From Candidatus Saccharimonadales bacterium (lineage in GTDB: Bacteria; Patescibacteriota; Saccharimonadia; Saccharimonadales; EFPC-124): a DNA stretch of 64,000 nt. The notes under the pieces were generated by a model. That model saw only the letters and a list, made by a program, of their open reading frames with translations. It was not told the DNA's origin and searched no databases. The translations under genes were made by a program, and so were the position numbers. The stretch is taken from positions 2,390 to 66,389 of the forward strand of contig DATIBT010000033.1 in the NCBI GenBank assembly GCA_035457345.1, read 5' to 3'. Of the stretch, positions 54,676-64,000 are shown piece after piece (position 1 is the stretch's first letter; every line of letters starts with the position of its first letter).

Positions 54676-56205
54676 TTATAATTCGCGCAGCACTTCTATG
54701 TGGGCGCCAATTGAGTTGAGCCGCGCGGCCAGGTCCTCGTAGCCACGGTTAATAGAGTAGACATTACGCAGTACCGAAACGCCATCGGCGGCAAGCATGC
54801 CGATCAAAATAAGCACAGCAGGCCGCAAGGCAGGCGGACAAATGACTTCGGCGGCTCGCCAGTGCGTCGGCCCGTTAACGTAGGCACGGTGCACGTCGGC
54901 AAGCGTAATTTCAGCATTGAGTTTGTTTAGTTCCGTGTAATAGATGGCGCGGTTTTCGTATGTCCAGTCATGAATAAGCATTTTACCCCGTGCGTTTGCG
55001 GCAATTGGCACAAAGTAAGGCAGGTTGTCCATGTTCATACCTGGATCGTCGTGGGCTTCAAGCTTGTCTTCAAGCGCAATCAGGTGCGATGCGTCGAGGC
55101 ACTGGATATCCACGAGTGCCGTGTGACCGTTTTTGGCTTTGTACTCGTCGCTAACTTTAAACTTGAAGTTCATCTTTTCGAGCTTAAGCAGCTCAAGGTC
55201 GAGGTAGTCAATCGGTACACGGCGAATAGTGATAGGTGAGTTAGTGGTGGCCGCGATGCTTAAGAAGGTCATGGCTTCGATTGGGTCTTCGCTGGGCCAA
55301 TATTCAACATCTTCATTTATAGTCTTTTTGCCGTGGATGCGGAGGGTGTGCGTGCCAATGCCTTCTACCTTGACCCCAAGCTTGGTTAAGAAGTGACAGA
55401 CGTCGACAACCATATAGTTACTGGCAGCGCGGCGGATTTCAACGACACCGTTGATACGGGCTGCGGCCATAATAGCGTTTTCGGTTGGGGTGTTACCACT
55501 TTCGTACATCACAACTTTGCCTGGGTTGCGTGGCTTGCTTGTACAGTTGTACCAGCCGGTCGTGGTAGTAACTTTGAGGCCCATTTCTTCAAGGGCAAAC
55601 AGGTGAGGGCGGATGGTGCGCTCGCCCAACTTGCAGCCACCAGCGAACGGAATTTTAAATTCAGGAAGCAAGTGCATGAGCGGACCCATGTACATAAGGA
55701 CACTGCGGGTTTTGCGGCCCGCTTCGACGTCGATATTTTTCATCTGCAGCTTGGCCGGCGGCTTGATCTCCAGGTCGCCAAGGTCATTCAGCCAGCGCAC
55801 TTTTACGCCAATGCTGATGAGTACCTCGATAAGGCGGTTGACCTCTTCAATCTTTGGCATCCGGCGTAGGGTTGTTGTGCCCTTGTTGAGTAACGAGGCG
55901 CACAAAAGACCAACGGCGGCGTTTTTGCTTGTACGCACAGTAATCTCACCTTTGAGCTTATGGCCGCCTTCGATACGGAAGTTCAGCGTGCCAGGACGGT
56001 TAAGCGATACAATCTCGCTGTTAAGCGCGTCGCTAATACGGGCCAACATTTCCATGCTCAGGTTCTGGCCTCCGTTCTCGATGCGGTTTACCGCGCTTTG
56101 GCTCGTCTTAAGCGCCTTAGCGAATTCGGCCTGGGTAAGGCCGCGGTCGAGTCGGGTTTGTTGAATTAACTTACCAATCTTTTGCTTGTAGTGCAGATCT
56201 GTCAT
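54676..56205 (-). CDS. murA: UDP-N-acetylglucosamine 1-carboxyvinyltransferase (MurA) with N-terminal XRE-type helix-turn-helix domain
   Basis: First roughly 70 aa IGKLIQQTRLDRGLTQAEFAKALKTSQSAVNRIENGGQNLSMEMLARISDAL = Cro/C1-type HTH. The remainder has MurA/EPT motifs (GEITVRTSKNAAVGLLCASLL; catalytic-Cys loop AGGCKLGERTIRPH). Confidence 0.85.
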   Translation of the reverse strand: MTDLHYKQKIGKLIQQTRLDRGLTQAEFAKALKTSQSAVNRIENGGQNLSMEMLARISDALNSEIVSLNRPGTLNFRIEGGHKLKGEITVRTSKNAAVGLLCASLLNKGTTTLRRMPKIEEVNRLIEVLISIGVKVRWLNDLGDLEIKPPAKLQMKNIDVEAGRKTRSVLMYMGPLMHLLPEFKIPFAGGCKLGERTIRPHLFALEEMGLKVTTTTGWYNCTSKPRNPGKVVMYESGNTPTENAIMAAARINGVVEIRRAASNYMVVDVCHFLTKLGVKVEGIGTHTLRIHGKKTINEDVEYWPSEDPIEAMTFLSIAATTNSPITIRRVPIDYLDLELLKLEKMNFKFKVSDEYKAKNGHTALVDIQCLDASHLIALEDKLEAHDDPGMNMDNLPYFVPIAANARGKMLIHDWTYENRAIYYTELNKLNAEITLADVHRAYVNGPTHWRAAEVICPPALRPAVLILIGMLAADGVSVLRNVYSINRGYEDLAARLNSIGAHIEVLREL

Positions 56206-56279
56206 GACAAAATTATATCATTTTTGATATAAATGGGAATACTTTTACAGAGAAAAGTAGTCACCGACCATAACATGGG

Positions 56280-56579
56280 TTAGTGCTGTGCGGCAAGCGC
56301 CGTTGCAACAACGTGCGAACACATCCTACTACCGCCAGAAGTACTGCCGGTAGACCCGCAGGTGCACTGCCAGCTCAGCCCGAAAGCGCTGCTGGCCAGA
56401 ACGGTGTTGTACGTTTGTTGTAGGGTAGGATCGGCGATCTGTCCATCGATGCGCGCATCTTCTATATGCGTTGCCCGTGCCTGATTTTGGCTGAAGTATT
56501 CTTGCCCCTGTTGCATGTCCTGCGTTGACGCGTGGGTGCGCAGTGTGTTGTTGTCAATGAGCGTTCTCGCTGGTTGCAT
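56280..56579 (-). CDS. Small hypothetical protein
   Basis: 99-aa ORF between murA and glyA, Gln/Thr-rich with a Cys cluster; coding status uncertain. Confidence 0.2.
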   Translation of the reverse strand: MQPARTLIDNNTLRTHASTQDMQQGQEYFSQNQARATHIEDARIDGQIADPTLQQTYNTVLASSAFGLSWQCTCGSTGSTSGGSRMCSHVVATALAAQH

Positions 56580-56676
56580 ACTTCGTGTACCATTCTCCTG
56601 TTACTTGCTACAATGGAATTATGATCTAGTATTGCAAACCCAGCTGTGAAAAATCTTAATCTCGAGGACAGTTGTT

Positions 56677-57936
56677 ATGCATGATAAAGAAATTGAAACG
56701 TTAATTCAGGCCGAAATCGCCCGCCAGACAAACGGCCTGGAGATGATCCCAAGCGAAAACCACACGTCTGGCGATGTGCTCAAAGCCCTAGGGTCTCGTT
56801 TAACCGATAAATACTCCGAAGGCTACCCCGGCAAGCGCTACTACGGCGGCTGTGAAGTTGTTGACCAGGTAGAGAACTTGGCTCGCGACCGTGCCAAGGC
56901 GTTATTCGGCGTGAACCATGTGAATGTGCAGGCATATAGTGGTAGCCCGGCAAATATGGCGGTGTACTACGCATTGTGCGATCCGGGCGACACAGTCATG
57001 GGCCTTCAATTGTACTTCGGCGGTCACATGACGCACGGGCTCAAAGTGAACTTTAGCGGCAAGTGGTTTAACAGCGTACAATACCAAACAGGCAAAGATG
57101 GCTACCTAGATTACAATGCCATTGCGGACCTTGCCGCTCAGCACAAGCCCAAGCTTATTGTTGTGGGCGCTACTGCTTACCCGCGCATTTTTGACTGGAA
57201 GCGGTTGCGAGACATTGCCGACACGTGCGGCGCCTATTTGCTTGCGGATATCTCGCATATTGCCGGGTTGGTGGTGGCTGGTGAGCATCCATCGCCAGTG
57301 GGAATTGCAGATGTCGTTACTACGACGACGCATAAGACTCTTCGGGGTCCACGCGGCGCGCTTATTATGTGCAACGGTAATCCGTCTAATCCGCTCAAAG
57401 CAGTGGATCGTAGCCGCGAGAATTTACCCACGCTTATTGACCGGGCAATCATTCCCGGTTTGCAAGGCGGCCCGCATAACCACCAGACGGCAGCCATTGC
57501 TGTTGCACTGCATGAAGCGGCGCAACCTTCCTTTACGGAGTACGGACGCCAAATAGTAAAAAATGCCAAACGATTGGCAGAAAATCTTTCTAGCCGGGGC
57601 TACGAGTTAGTGACCGGCGGCACCGACAACCATCTGCTCCTCGTTGATTTAACGAACAAAGGGGTGACTGGCGCCGAGGTCGAGTCGGCACTCGGCAAGG
57701 CTGGTATTACGGTGAATAAAAATACGGTGCCATTTGACCCACGCCCGCCGTTCAGCCCAAGTGGGATCAGGCTAGGCACGCCGGCACTTACGACCCGCGG
57801 CCTAAAAGAGGCTGAGATGGATAAGGTTGCTGAATGGATTGATACTGCTGTAGCCGCCAGAGGTGACGATACCAAGCTATCTACCATTCACAAAGAAATA
57901 ACAGAATTCACAAAAGCGTTTCCGTTGCCAAACTAG
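56677..57936 (+). CDS. glyA: Serine hydroxymethyltransferase
   Basis: Full-length SHMT: MIPSENHTS, PLP-Lys motif TTTTHKTLRGPRGALIM, and VNKNTVPFD. Confidence 0.95.
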   Translation: MHDKEIETLIQAEIARQTNGLEMIPSENHTSGDVLKALGSRLTDKYSEGYPGKRYYGGCEVVDQVENLARDRAKALFGVNHVNVQAYSGSPANMAVYYALCDPGDTVMGLQLYFGGHMTHGLKVNFSGKWFNSVQYQTGKDGYLDYNAIADLAAQHKPKLIVVGATAYPRIFDWKRLRDIADTCGAYLLADISHIAGLVVAGEHPSPVGIADVVTTTTHKTLRGPRGALIMCNGNPSNPLKAVDRSRENLPTLIDRAIIPGLQGGPHNHQTAAIAVALHEAAQPSFTEYGRQIVKNAKRLAENLSSRGYELVTGGTDNHLLLVDLTNKGVTGAEVESALGKAGITVNKNTVPFDPRPPFSPSGIRLGTPALTTRGLKEAEMDKVAEWIDTAVAARGDDTKLSTIHKEITEFTKAFPLPN

Positions 57937-58030
57937 AAGCGGGGCCCGCGATCTCTTATTGTGTTCGAGACCGCGGGCCGAGCCCTACGACTGGGCGGAT
58001 GGGCCACTTGTTTGGCGCCGCCCGGTAGCG

Positions 58031-58630
58031 TCAGCCACCCGAGTTGCTTCGACCGGCGCCGATGAGGACGTTTTCACCCGTGACGGACGAGGCGTCTGGC
58101 GCGGGCGGTTCGGCCGTCAGCGCCTTGGCACTGGTGATGCCGCGTGCGGCCTCGACACTGGAGCGCAGGACGTACCGGAACGCGAGGTGTCGGCCGATAC
58201 CGAAGCGTGGCTTCACGTACCTGAGCAGTGTGTCGGCCAGCTCGGGCTCACCCATGAAGATGAGCGCCAGTCGCTCTGGCGTGGCATATAGCTGCACGTG
58301 ACCACGGTCCGACGGACTCCATGAGCCCGGCGTTTGGGTGAGGACGTTGGTCAGGCGGCTGACGAGCGCACCCTCGTCTTGGCCGATGGCAGCCTTGATC
58401 GCGCGGTTGTCGGTGCCGCCGTACGTGATCTTCATGCCCATGCCGCGGGCGGTCAGGAGCAGGTCACGCACGACAGCCTGCATGCTGGTGACTTCGCTTC
58501 GCAGGTGCATCACCAGAGGTTCCTGGCTAGACCGGCGGATCTTGCTGATCGCGTTCCCCGCAGCCCACACCGGCAGGGTGGAGGCAAGCAGGATGGCGAC
58601 CGGATTGTAAAGCAGATCTTGCGGGGACAT
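58031..58630 (-). CDS. Hypothetical protein on a high-GC (about 62%) segment
   Basis: ORF with GC3-rich codon usage; start placed at the internal Met (MSPQDLL...) where GC-rich sequence begins; the annotated ORF extends to 58747. Confidence 0.35.
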   Translation of the reverse strand: MSPQDLLYNPVAILLASTLPVWAAGNAISKIRRSSQEPLVMHLRSEVTSMQAVVRDLLLTARGMGMKITYGGTDNRAIKAAIGQDEGALVSRLTNVLTQTPGSWSPSDRGHVQLYATPERLALIFMGEPELADTLLRYVKPRFGIGRHLAFRYVLRSSVEAARGITSAKALTAEPPAPDASSVTGENVLIGAGRSNSGG

Positions 58631-58851
58631 AGCAGCCTTTCGGCCATAGCTCGCGAGGGGCCAACTATTGGCATCGCACGCCACCAATGGCTTCAGTAGC
58701 GATCGTAGAGCTTTTGTTGTTATAGTCTTTTTTAGTTTTAGTGTCAAGATAAAACGCGAGAGAGTTAGGAATGCCCGCGGCTAGGCCGCGGGCTTCCCTA
58801 CGCTGTTGCACATGCACTGTTAGCGTGGCCCCGGGGTGGTGGGCCACGGTG

Positions 58852-59484
58852 TTACTCGGAACGAGGGGGGCCGGTGTCGGGGCTGTTTGCCCTATTGTTG
58901 TTACCGATGGTTGGCTGTTCACCAGTGCTTCCGGTGTGATTTGCCAGTGCCTCCTGAAAGAACCCGAGGCCTTGGGTGTTCTCCACGAGGGTTGCCAGAG
59001 GGCCTTCTGGCGGTACTGCCACCTCTTCGGTAGGCGGTACTGGCGGTGCCGAGATGGGAACAGAGAGGAGAACATCTCCGTCCGAAGTGACTGGGGTGGC
59101 CGTACGCGGCTCTCTCGTAGGAACGGGGTTCGGCCTGGCGAACCGTTCGCGGCCCGTCACGGCTTCGGGGTCCGGGGTGGTCGGCGACGGTGCAACCGGC
59201 ATGGGAAGCTGGTCACCCGAGGGGCTGATCCCGCTTTCCAGCAGGCGCGTTCTGCTGAGATCCCTCCCCAGATGAGGGAACTGGCTGTAGACGAACTCAA
59301 GCGCGGTTCGTACAGCAACTGCCACGTCCTCTCTGCGCCGTTCCGCTGCGGCCGCCAGATCTTCGTCGCGTTGGAGCAAGAGATCCTTATATGTGTCCTC
59401 CGCGGCTTTTCGTAACTTCTCGTGGTCGGCCCGGACGGTGTGGTACCCGGCCATCGCTCCTTCGATCTGGTTGGCTAGGGTCAC
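58852..59484 (-). CDS. Hypothetical Pro-rich protein on the high-GC segment (probably longer, with an N-terminal TM helix encoded upstream of the first ATG)
   Basis: Pro/Thr-rich linker PMPVAPSPTTPDPEAVTG. In-frame upstream sequence encodes a TM-like helix (WLTLIGIAILIVTSLV), suggesting a GTG/TTG start near 59600. Confidence 0.35.
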   Translation of the reverse strand: MTLANQIEGAMAGYHTVRADHEKLRKAAEDTYKDLLLQRDEDLAAAAERRREDVAVAVRTALEFVYSQFPHLGRDLSRTRLLESGISPSGDQLPMPVAPSPTTPDPEAVTGRERFARPNPVPTREPRTATPVTSDGDVLLSVPISAPPVPPTEEVAVPPEGPLATLVENTQGLGFFQEALANHTGSTGEQPTIGNNNRANSPDTGPPRSE

Positions 59485-59734
59485 AATGTCTTCGTCGATC
59501 TCACGTACTCGCCGCCCCGTCTCCCAGGCAATGACTGCCCGGACGAGGCTTGTGACGATCAGGATGGCAATGCCAATCAGCGTGAGCCATTGGAAGGTAG
59601 AAAAGGTAGAGATGACGGACTCCTCTTCCTTGTAGTGTGCATGCTCTAAACGGCTAAGCCGTCCGCGCTTCTGAGCGCCTTGCGTAGAGCGACCGTATTT
59701 TATACTTATTAGATGTGATGGTCAAGCCTTTGGG

Positions 59735-60760
59735 CTATAGCACTTGTGGTTCGCGTGCCAGCTGAATGCCGAACTTTTGTTGTACTGCGTCGATAATTTT
59801 TTGCTCGAACTTTAGTGCATCGGCCGTACTTTTTGCATGCTCATTCACTAAAACCAGTGCTTGGGCAGGCCAGGTTGCCATGCCTGTTTCTGTATCGTGT
59901 GCGGCTTTAAACCCTGCTTCTTGTACTAGCCAGGCAGCGGGAATTTTGTATGCGCCATCACCGACTGGCCAATAGGTGAGGTCGGGGTAGGCTGCTTGCA
60001 GTGCCTCAAGTTGCGGCTGGGAAATGATGGGGTTTGCAAAAAAAGAGCCATTGTTTGCAATCTTTTTAGGGTCTGGCAGCTTGGCGGTGCGCACGGCAAT
60101 CACTGCTTCTCGGAGGGTGCGCGGGGTGAATTCAGTTATGTGATGCTCATCTAAATAGCGCTGTAGCGGAGGGTAGAACGGCGGCTGCGGATTCCCTTTT
60201 TCAAGGTCGAGTACAATAGAAGTGATAAAAAATCTTCCGTGGTCATTCGTTTTAAACCGGCTGCTGCGGTAGGTGAGTTCGCATTCTTCTTTTGGAATGG
60301 TAACCATACGGTTAGATTGGGCGTCGTAAGCATGCACCTCAACCAACGTGTTTGCAATCTCTTGGGAGTAGGCGCCCACGTTTTGCACCGGCGTTGCACC
60401 GGCCGTGCCTGGTATGAGGCTGAGATTTTCGATGCCGGATAGTCCGTGTTCGGCAGTTCGGGCTACAATATCGTCCCATATCTCGCCGGCACCAATTGTT
60501 AGACGGTAGTGCGTGTCGTTAAGTTGCTCTTCGCGGTAGCCTTTTATTTCATTCACGAGCACCAGGCCCGGAAAGCCCGCATCATTCCATAAAATGTTGC
60601 TGCCGCCGCCAATCATGACCACGGGGAGTTTTTTGCCCTGGGCCCAGGCAATAGCTTCTTTCAGTTCATCTTCTGTGTGTATGTGAGCAAGGTAGGCTGC
60701 ATTGCCGCCCAGCCGCATGGTAGAGTAGGCTTTTAGCGAAACATCTGATTGAATCTGCAT
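59735..60760 (-). CDS. murB: UDP-N-acetylenolpyruvoylglucosamine reductase
   Basis: FAD-binding domain LKAYSTMRLGGNAAYL...PVVMIGGGSNILW and the MurB C-terminal domain. Confidence 0.9.
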   Translation of the reverse strand: MQIQSDVSLKAYSTMRLGGNAAYLAHIHTEDELKEAIAWAQGKKLPVVMIGGGSNILWNDAGFPGLVLVNEIKGYREEQLNDTHYRLTIGAGEIWDDIVARTAEHGLSGIENLSLIPGTAGATPVQNVGAYSQEIANTLVEVHAYDAQSNRMVTIPKEECELTYRSSRFKTNDHGRFFITSIVLDLEKGNPQPPFYPPLQRYLDEHHITEFTPRTLREAVIAVRTAKLPDPKKIANNGSFFANPIISQPQLEALQAAYPDLTYWPVGDGAYKIPAAWLVQEAGFKAAHDTETGMATWPAQALVLVNEHAKSTADALKFEQKIIDAVQQKFGIQLAREPQVL

Positions 60761-60787
60761 AATTACCCATTATACTGTACTAAGTAT

Positions 60788-60863
60788 GCGCCCGTAGCTC
60801 AGGGGATAGAGCGTTGGTTTCCGGTACCAAAAGTCGTAGGTTCGAATCCTACCGGGCGTACCA
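60788..60863 (+). tRNA. tRNA-Arg (anticodon CCG)
   Basis: Acceptor GCGCCCG/CGGGCGT, D arm GCTC-AGGGGATA-GAGC, anticodon stem TTGGT/ACCAA with loop TTCCGGT, T arm GTAGG-TTCGAAT-CCTAC, discriminator A, CCA encoded. Confidence 0.85.
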
Positions 60864-60873
60864 GAACGGAATT

Positions 60874-61173
60874 ATGGAAAGATTATTTACTTACGGAACA
60901 TTGCAAGACCCGGAGGTTCAGAAGCAGGTTTTTGGACGTGTTGCCGATATGCATAGTGATGCGCTCAAGGGATATCGCAAAAGCGTCATCAAGCTTAAGG
61001 GAAAGGTCTATCCAATCGCCGTATACGACGCTAGCTCCCTAATAGAGGGTATGACCTTAGAAGCTACCCAAGAAGAGATCCTCATGATGGATAAATACGA
61101 AACATCGGCCTACAAAAGGATTGAGGTCACCCTTGCGAGCGGCCAACGCGCATGGGTGTATTGTCGACCATGA
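60874..61173 (+). CDS. Gamma-glutamyl cyclotransferase-like (AIG2/GGCT-fold) protein
   Basis: N-terminal LFTYGTLQDPEVQ and overall roughly 100-aa size typical of the GGCT/YtfP family; start at ATG 60874 just after the tRNA. Confidence 0.55.
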   Translation: MERLFTYGTLQDPEVQKQVFGRVADMHSDALKGYRKSVIKLKGKVYPIAVYDASSLIEGMTLEATQEEILMMDKYETSAYKRIEVTLASGQRAWVYCRP

Positions 61174-61226
61174 ATGGTATAAATAGGGTATTATTTAATT
61201 AGAACCATAAACGGAATAATTAAGGG

Positions 61227-63404
61227 ATGGGCCGACTTCCAATACCTGGATCTGATAGCGGTACTTGGGGCTCCATACTCAATACTTTTTTAAGTGTCGA
61301 GCATGCCGCAGACGGAAGCTTGAAGATCCGCAGTGACGGCACGCTAACTGCCGCCCAGAATGCTGTCCAAAAAGGCACGCTTATTCTGAACGCCGCTGAT
61401 TACGGGGCGGTTGCCGATAACGCCACCGATGCACGTACGGCAATTCAAAACGCCATCGATGCTGCAAGTGCTGCCGGGGGCGGCGCGGTATATATTCCAG
61501 CGGGAACGTACCGTGTTGCATCTGCTCTGACTATCAAAAGCCGGGTCATTATTGTAGGGGCTGGCAAGGGTGCGACTATCCTAAACGCTCCTTCGAATGC
61601 CTTGTTTAACTTTAGTGGCAATACCCAGCGGTGGGGCCTGCGCCATCTGACCGGCAGAGCGACCGGGGGCCATATATTTGCCGGTTCGTTTAATGTATTT
61701 GAGGTAGTAATAGCTGAGTGTGAGTTTAGTGTACTCTCGGCTGGGTCTTCTATTTGGTTCCAGAACTCCGGGCAGTATATTCAGGTTATTTTCCGTGACT
61801 GCTACTTGTATGCGGGCGGCACACCGCGCACCACGCCGGCAATAGATCTTACCGATCCTGGCGGCGCATTTAACGAGAATATATTTGAAAACTGTACGTG
61901 CGAGACAGAGGCAAGTTCCTCACAGTATTTTTTCCGGTTGCGCTGTACCTCAACGGGCGATTATTCCTACAACAATACGCTGCGCAATATTATTTTCGAA
62001 GTCTGTGATGGCGGCGGTGTGCGGGCGGAGTCGCAGTTTGGCTTAACGCTCGACGGCTGCCAGGCATGGGACAACACTACTATTCAAAATGACTTCTTCA
62101 GTATTGGCAAAACGGGTGTCAGCGGATTGGGCAGCCGCCGTACGGTGGTGCGAAACAGTGGGCGCATTGGCAATTCTTTGGGCGGGGGTTTGTACGACCT
62201 AACACTAGATGTCAGTACGCAGCAGACAACAATAGACAGTTTTCGCTGCGCCCCAGACAACGCTCGTATAAATTTGGGTGATTCGGATTACGTGCATATT
62301 GTTAATAAGTCGCCGGGGACGACTATCATCGGTACGGCGGAGTATATCGCATACCGTGGTGAAGGCAGTGCATCGACCGATTTCCTAGCAAGTGGTTCAG
62401 TCGCGGGCGATACTCGCCAGCGTGCCGTCATACGCATGAGCGGTGCGTTAGAAATGGGCGATGGTACAAACCCGCGGGACACTAATTTATATAGGCAAGC
62501 GGCGGGTGAACTGCGGAGCGACGGCACCCTCGATCTTGGCGCCAACCTGCGTGTGCATGGTGGCAGCATTGTGCTGAACGACACAAACCTTTACCGGTCC
62601 GCCGCGGCCCAATTGACTACCGATAATGAGTTAATTGTGGGCACCACGCTGAGTGTGAATGGCGGTACGGCCTCTATTACAAATGATCCCAACACCAACC
62701 GTGAGCTCAATCTGGGGAGCCGTTGGGGCATGCGCGCCGATAACGGTTCTGAATCTGGGGGGAATGCTGGTTCCGATTTTCGACTGGTTCGGTATTCTGA
62801 TACTGGGGTAGCGTTAGACAACCCTATTTTTGTAAAGCGTTCAAACGGATTCGTATCAGTCAGCGGTAGTACTGACCCGCAAACCAATCTGGAGGTAGGC
62901 AGCGCGACTTCCGGAACGGTGGGCATGCGTATCTACCGGGGGGCTACGACGAATTTCGCGAGCTTGCTGTTCTCAACTGCTTCGACTGACCGCTGGGGAT
63001 TGCAAATGTTGAACGATTCGACGCAGAACCTTTATCTGCGTGATGTGGCAAATGGCCGAACCCTTATTGCCCTCGGAGCGACTACCGGGGCAGCCACCAT
63101 ACCGAACGGATTTGCCAGGGGAAGAACCGCGGTCAATGATGCGAATTACTTGGTCGTAACAACAGATAGCAAAGTGTGCTACACGGCACTTTCTGCGGCG
63201 CGTACTGTTACGCTGCCTGCGGCTTCATCCATGCCGGGTCAAGAATTGGTTGTTAAGGACGAGTCAGGAAGTTGCAGCGGTGTGAACACTATAACGACCA
63301 CCCCGTCTTCTGGAACAATCGATGGTGCTGCAAGTTTAGCTATTAGTACGGCTTATGGCGTACTAAGGATATATTCCAACGGTACGCAGTGGTTCAGCGC
63401 GTAA
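61227..63404 (+). CDS. Right-handed beta-helix protein of the pectate-lyase superfamily (tailspike / polysaccharide depolymerase-like)
   Basis: N-terminal region ADYGAVADNATDARTAIQNAIDAASAAGGGAVYIPAGTYRV matches the Pectate_lyase_3 signature (dyGA.gDG.tDdt.Aiq.Ai.....gG.vy.P.GtY); 725 aa, Gly/Thr/Asn-rich repeats consistent with a beta-helix. Confidence 0.6.
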   Translation: MGRLPIPGSDSGTWGSILNTFLSVEHAADGSLKIRSDGTLTAAQNAVQKGTLILNAADYGAVADNATDARTAIQNAIDAASAAGGGAVYIPAGTYRVASALTIKSRVIIVGAGKGATILNAPSNALFNFSGNTQRWGLRHLTGRATGGHIFAGSFNVFEVVIAECEFSVLSAGSSIWFQNSGQYIQVIFRDCYLYAGGTPRTTPAIDLTDPGGAFNENIFENCTCETEASSSQYFFRLRCTSTGDYSYNNTLRNIIFEVCDGGGVRAESQFGLTLDGCQAWDNTTIQNDFFSIGKTGVSGLGSRRTVVRNSGRIGNSLGGGLYDLTLDVSTQQTTIDSFRCAPDNARINLGDSDYVHIVNKSPGTTIIGTAEYIAYRGEGSASTDFLASGSVAGDTRQRAVIRMSGALEMGDGTNPRDTNLYRQAAGELRSDGTLDLGANLRVHGGSIVLNDTNLYRSAAAQLTTDNELIVGTTLSVNGGTASITNDPNTNRELNLGSRWGMRADNGSESGGNAGSDFRLVRYSDTGVALDNPIFVKRSNGFVSVSGSTDPQTNLEVGSATSGTVGMRIYRGATTNFASLLFSTASTDRWGLQMLNDSTQNLYLRDVANGRTLIALGATTGAATIPNGFARGRTAVNDANYLVVTTDSKVCYTALSAARTVTLPAASSMPGQELVVKDESGSCSGVNTITTTPSSGTIDGAASLAISTAYGVLRIYSNGTQWFSA

Positions 63405-63484
63405 AGTTATCTCGTAGCCGTATTGACAAGCGGCATAAGGCGCAAGCATTATAAGCTTAAGGTTTAAGCAAGGATAAGGGTAAA

Positions 63485-64000
63485 ATGGCGAGTCTTATTG
63501 AAGAGATCCGAAACGCACCGCGCTCCGACAAAATTATAGCAGCCATTGTTGCCCTCAGCGTGGCGATTACCGGCTACACATTTATGATTACCCGGGCCGT
63601 CGGGCCATTCACTGCCATTGAGGCCGAAGCGGGTACCGTTAGCGGTGCGGCGAAAGTTATCACTGACTCGACCGCATCAGGGGGTAAGGCCCTCCAATTT
63701 GGCGTAACGGATTCCACTCCGCCAACCACGAGCGCAATGAGCGTGAGAATTTCCGGTAATAAATTTATAGACAAAGATAATCAAACGCTCCGTCTGATCG
63801 GTGTAAACTTTTCTGGCATGCAATACGCGTGCGCTGAAGGCTGGGGATTTTATGATGCACCTGCAACAGACGCAACAATTACCGCATTGAAATCTTGGGG
63901 AATCACCGCTGTTCGCGTGCCGCTGAACGAAAGCTGCTGGCTCAATATTAATGGAGTTGCAGCGGCGTATGGTGGTGCCAATTACCAAAAAGCAGTCGGA
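63485..64000 (+). CDS. Glycoside hydrolase family 5-like protein, 5' partial (runs off the window end); paralog of the GH5 at 874
   Basis: N-terminal TM (IIAAIVALSVAITGY), then LIGVNFSGMQYACAEGWGFYD...ITAVRVPL, alignable with FVGFNAYGMTGCESGPW of the first GH5 protein; ATG 63485 preceded by RBS AGGATAAGGG. Confidence 0.55.
   Translation, partial: MASLIEEIRNAPRSDKIIAAIVALSVAITGYTFMITRAVGPFTAIEAEAGTVSGAAKVITDSTASGGKALQFGVTDSTPPTTSAMSVRISGNKFIDKDNQTLRLIGVNFSGMQYACAEGWGFYDAPATDATITALKSWGITAVRVPLNESCWLNINGVAAAYGGANYQKAVG

Noticed and set aside
1-64000. Mobile-element genes (transposase/integrase), rRNA, CRISPR
   Set aside because: None recognised on either strand; the GC-atypical islands lack any recombinase in this window.

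Overview
This 64-kb window is gene-dense with an overall GC of roughly 48-50%. Gene content suggests a small-genome Gram-positive-type bacterium, possibly CPR/Saccharibacteria-like. The pointers are rny-ymdB, a truncated tsaB, minimal peptidoglycan genes, and many type IV pilin genes. This placement is inference only.

Recognisable content:
- Housekeeping genes: recA-recX, ftsH, rny, a histidine phosphatase, ymdB, tsaE/tsaB, glyA, murB, and a murA with an N-terminal HTH.
- Seven tRNAs: Pro-TGG, Pro-CGG, Gly-TCC, His-GTG, Arg-TCT and Arg-CCG.
- A complete minus-strand type IV pilus operon at 9.2-19.2 kb: pilB-pilC-pilA, then three minor pilins including PilX, then pilM-pilN-pilO.
- A second plus-strand locus at 30.2-44.0 kb, roughly 13.7 kb and translationally coupled. 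It encodes two sensor histidine kinases, two paralogous polytopic membrane proteins, two stand-alone CheY-like receivers, a second PilB/GspE ATPase and a second PilC/GspF platform. It also encodes four pseudopilins and a major pilin. One pseudopilin is an 823-aa prepilin carrying LVIVD beta-propeller repeats.
- Surface and secreted proteins: a multidomain secreted GH5 glycosidase, a second GH5 gene at the window end, a pectate-lyase-fold beta-helix protein, a lamin-tail-domain protein and a sortase.
- Unusual fusions: AsnB with a CofE-like domain, and a membrane-anchored Clp-like AAA+ ATPase.

The most striking feature is compositional mosaicism. Several short segments have actinobacterial-like GC of about 60-75% and GC3-saturated codons. 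They are 29.6-30.2 kb next to tRNA-Pro, about 50.4-54.6 kb, and 57.9-59.7 kb between glyA and murB. The 50.4-54.6 kb segment contains a tRNA-flanked duplicated gene pair with RNA polymerase alphaCTD-like C-termini and near-identical promoters. These segments could be horizontally acquired host DNA, or assembly chimeras. No CRISPR array, rRNA or obvious transposase was seen.
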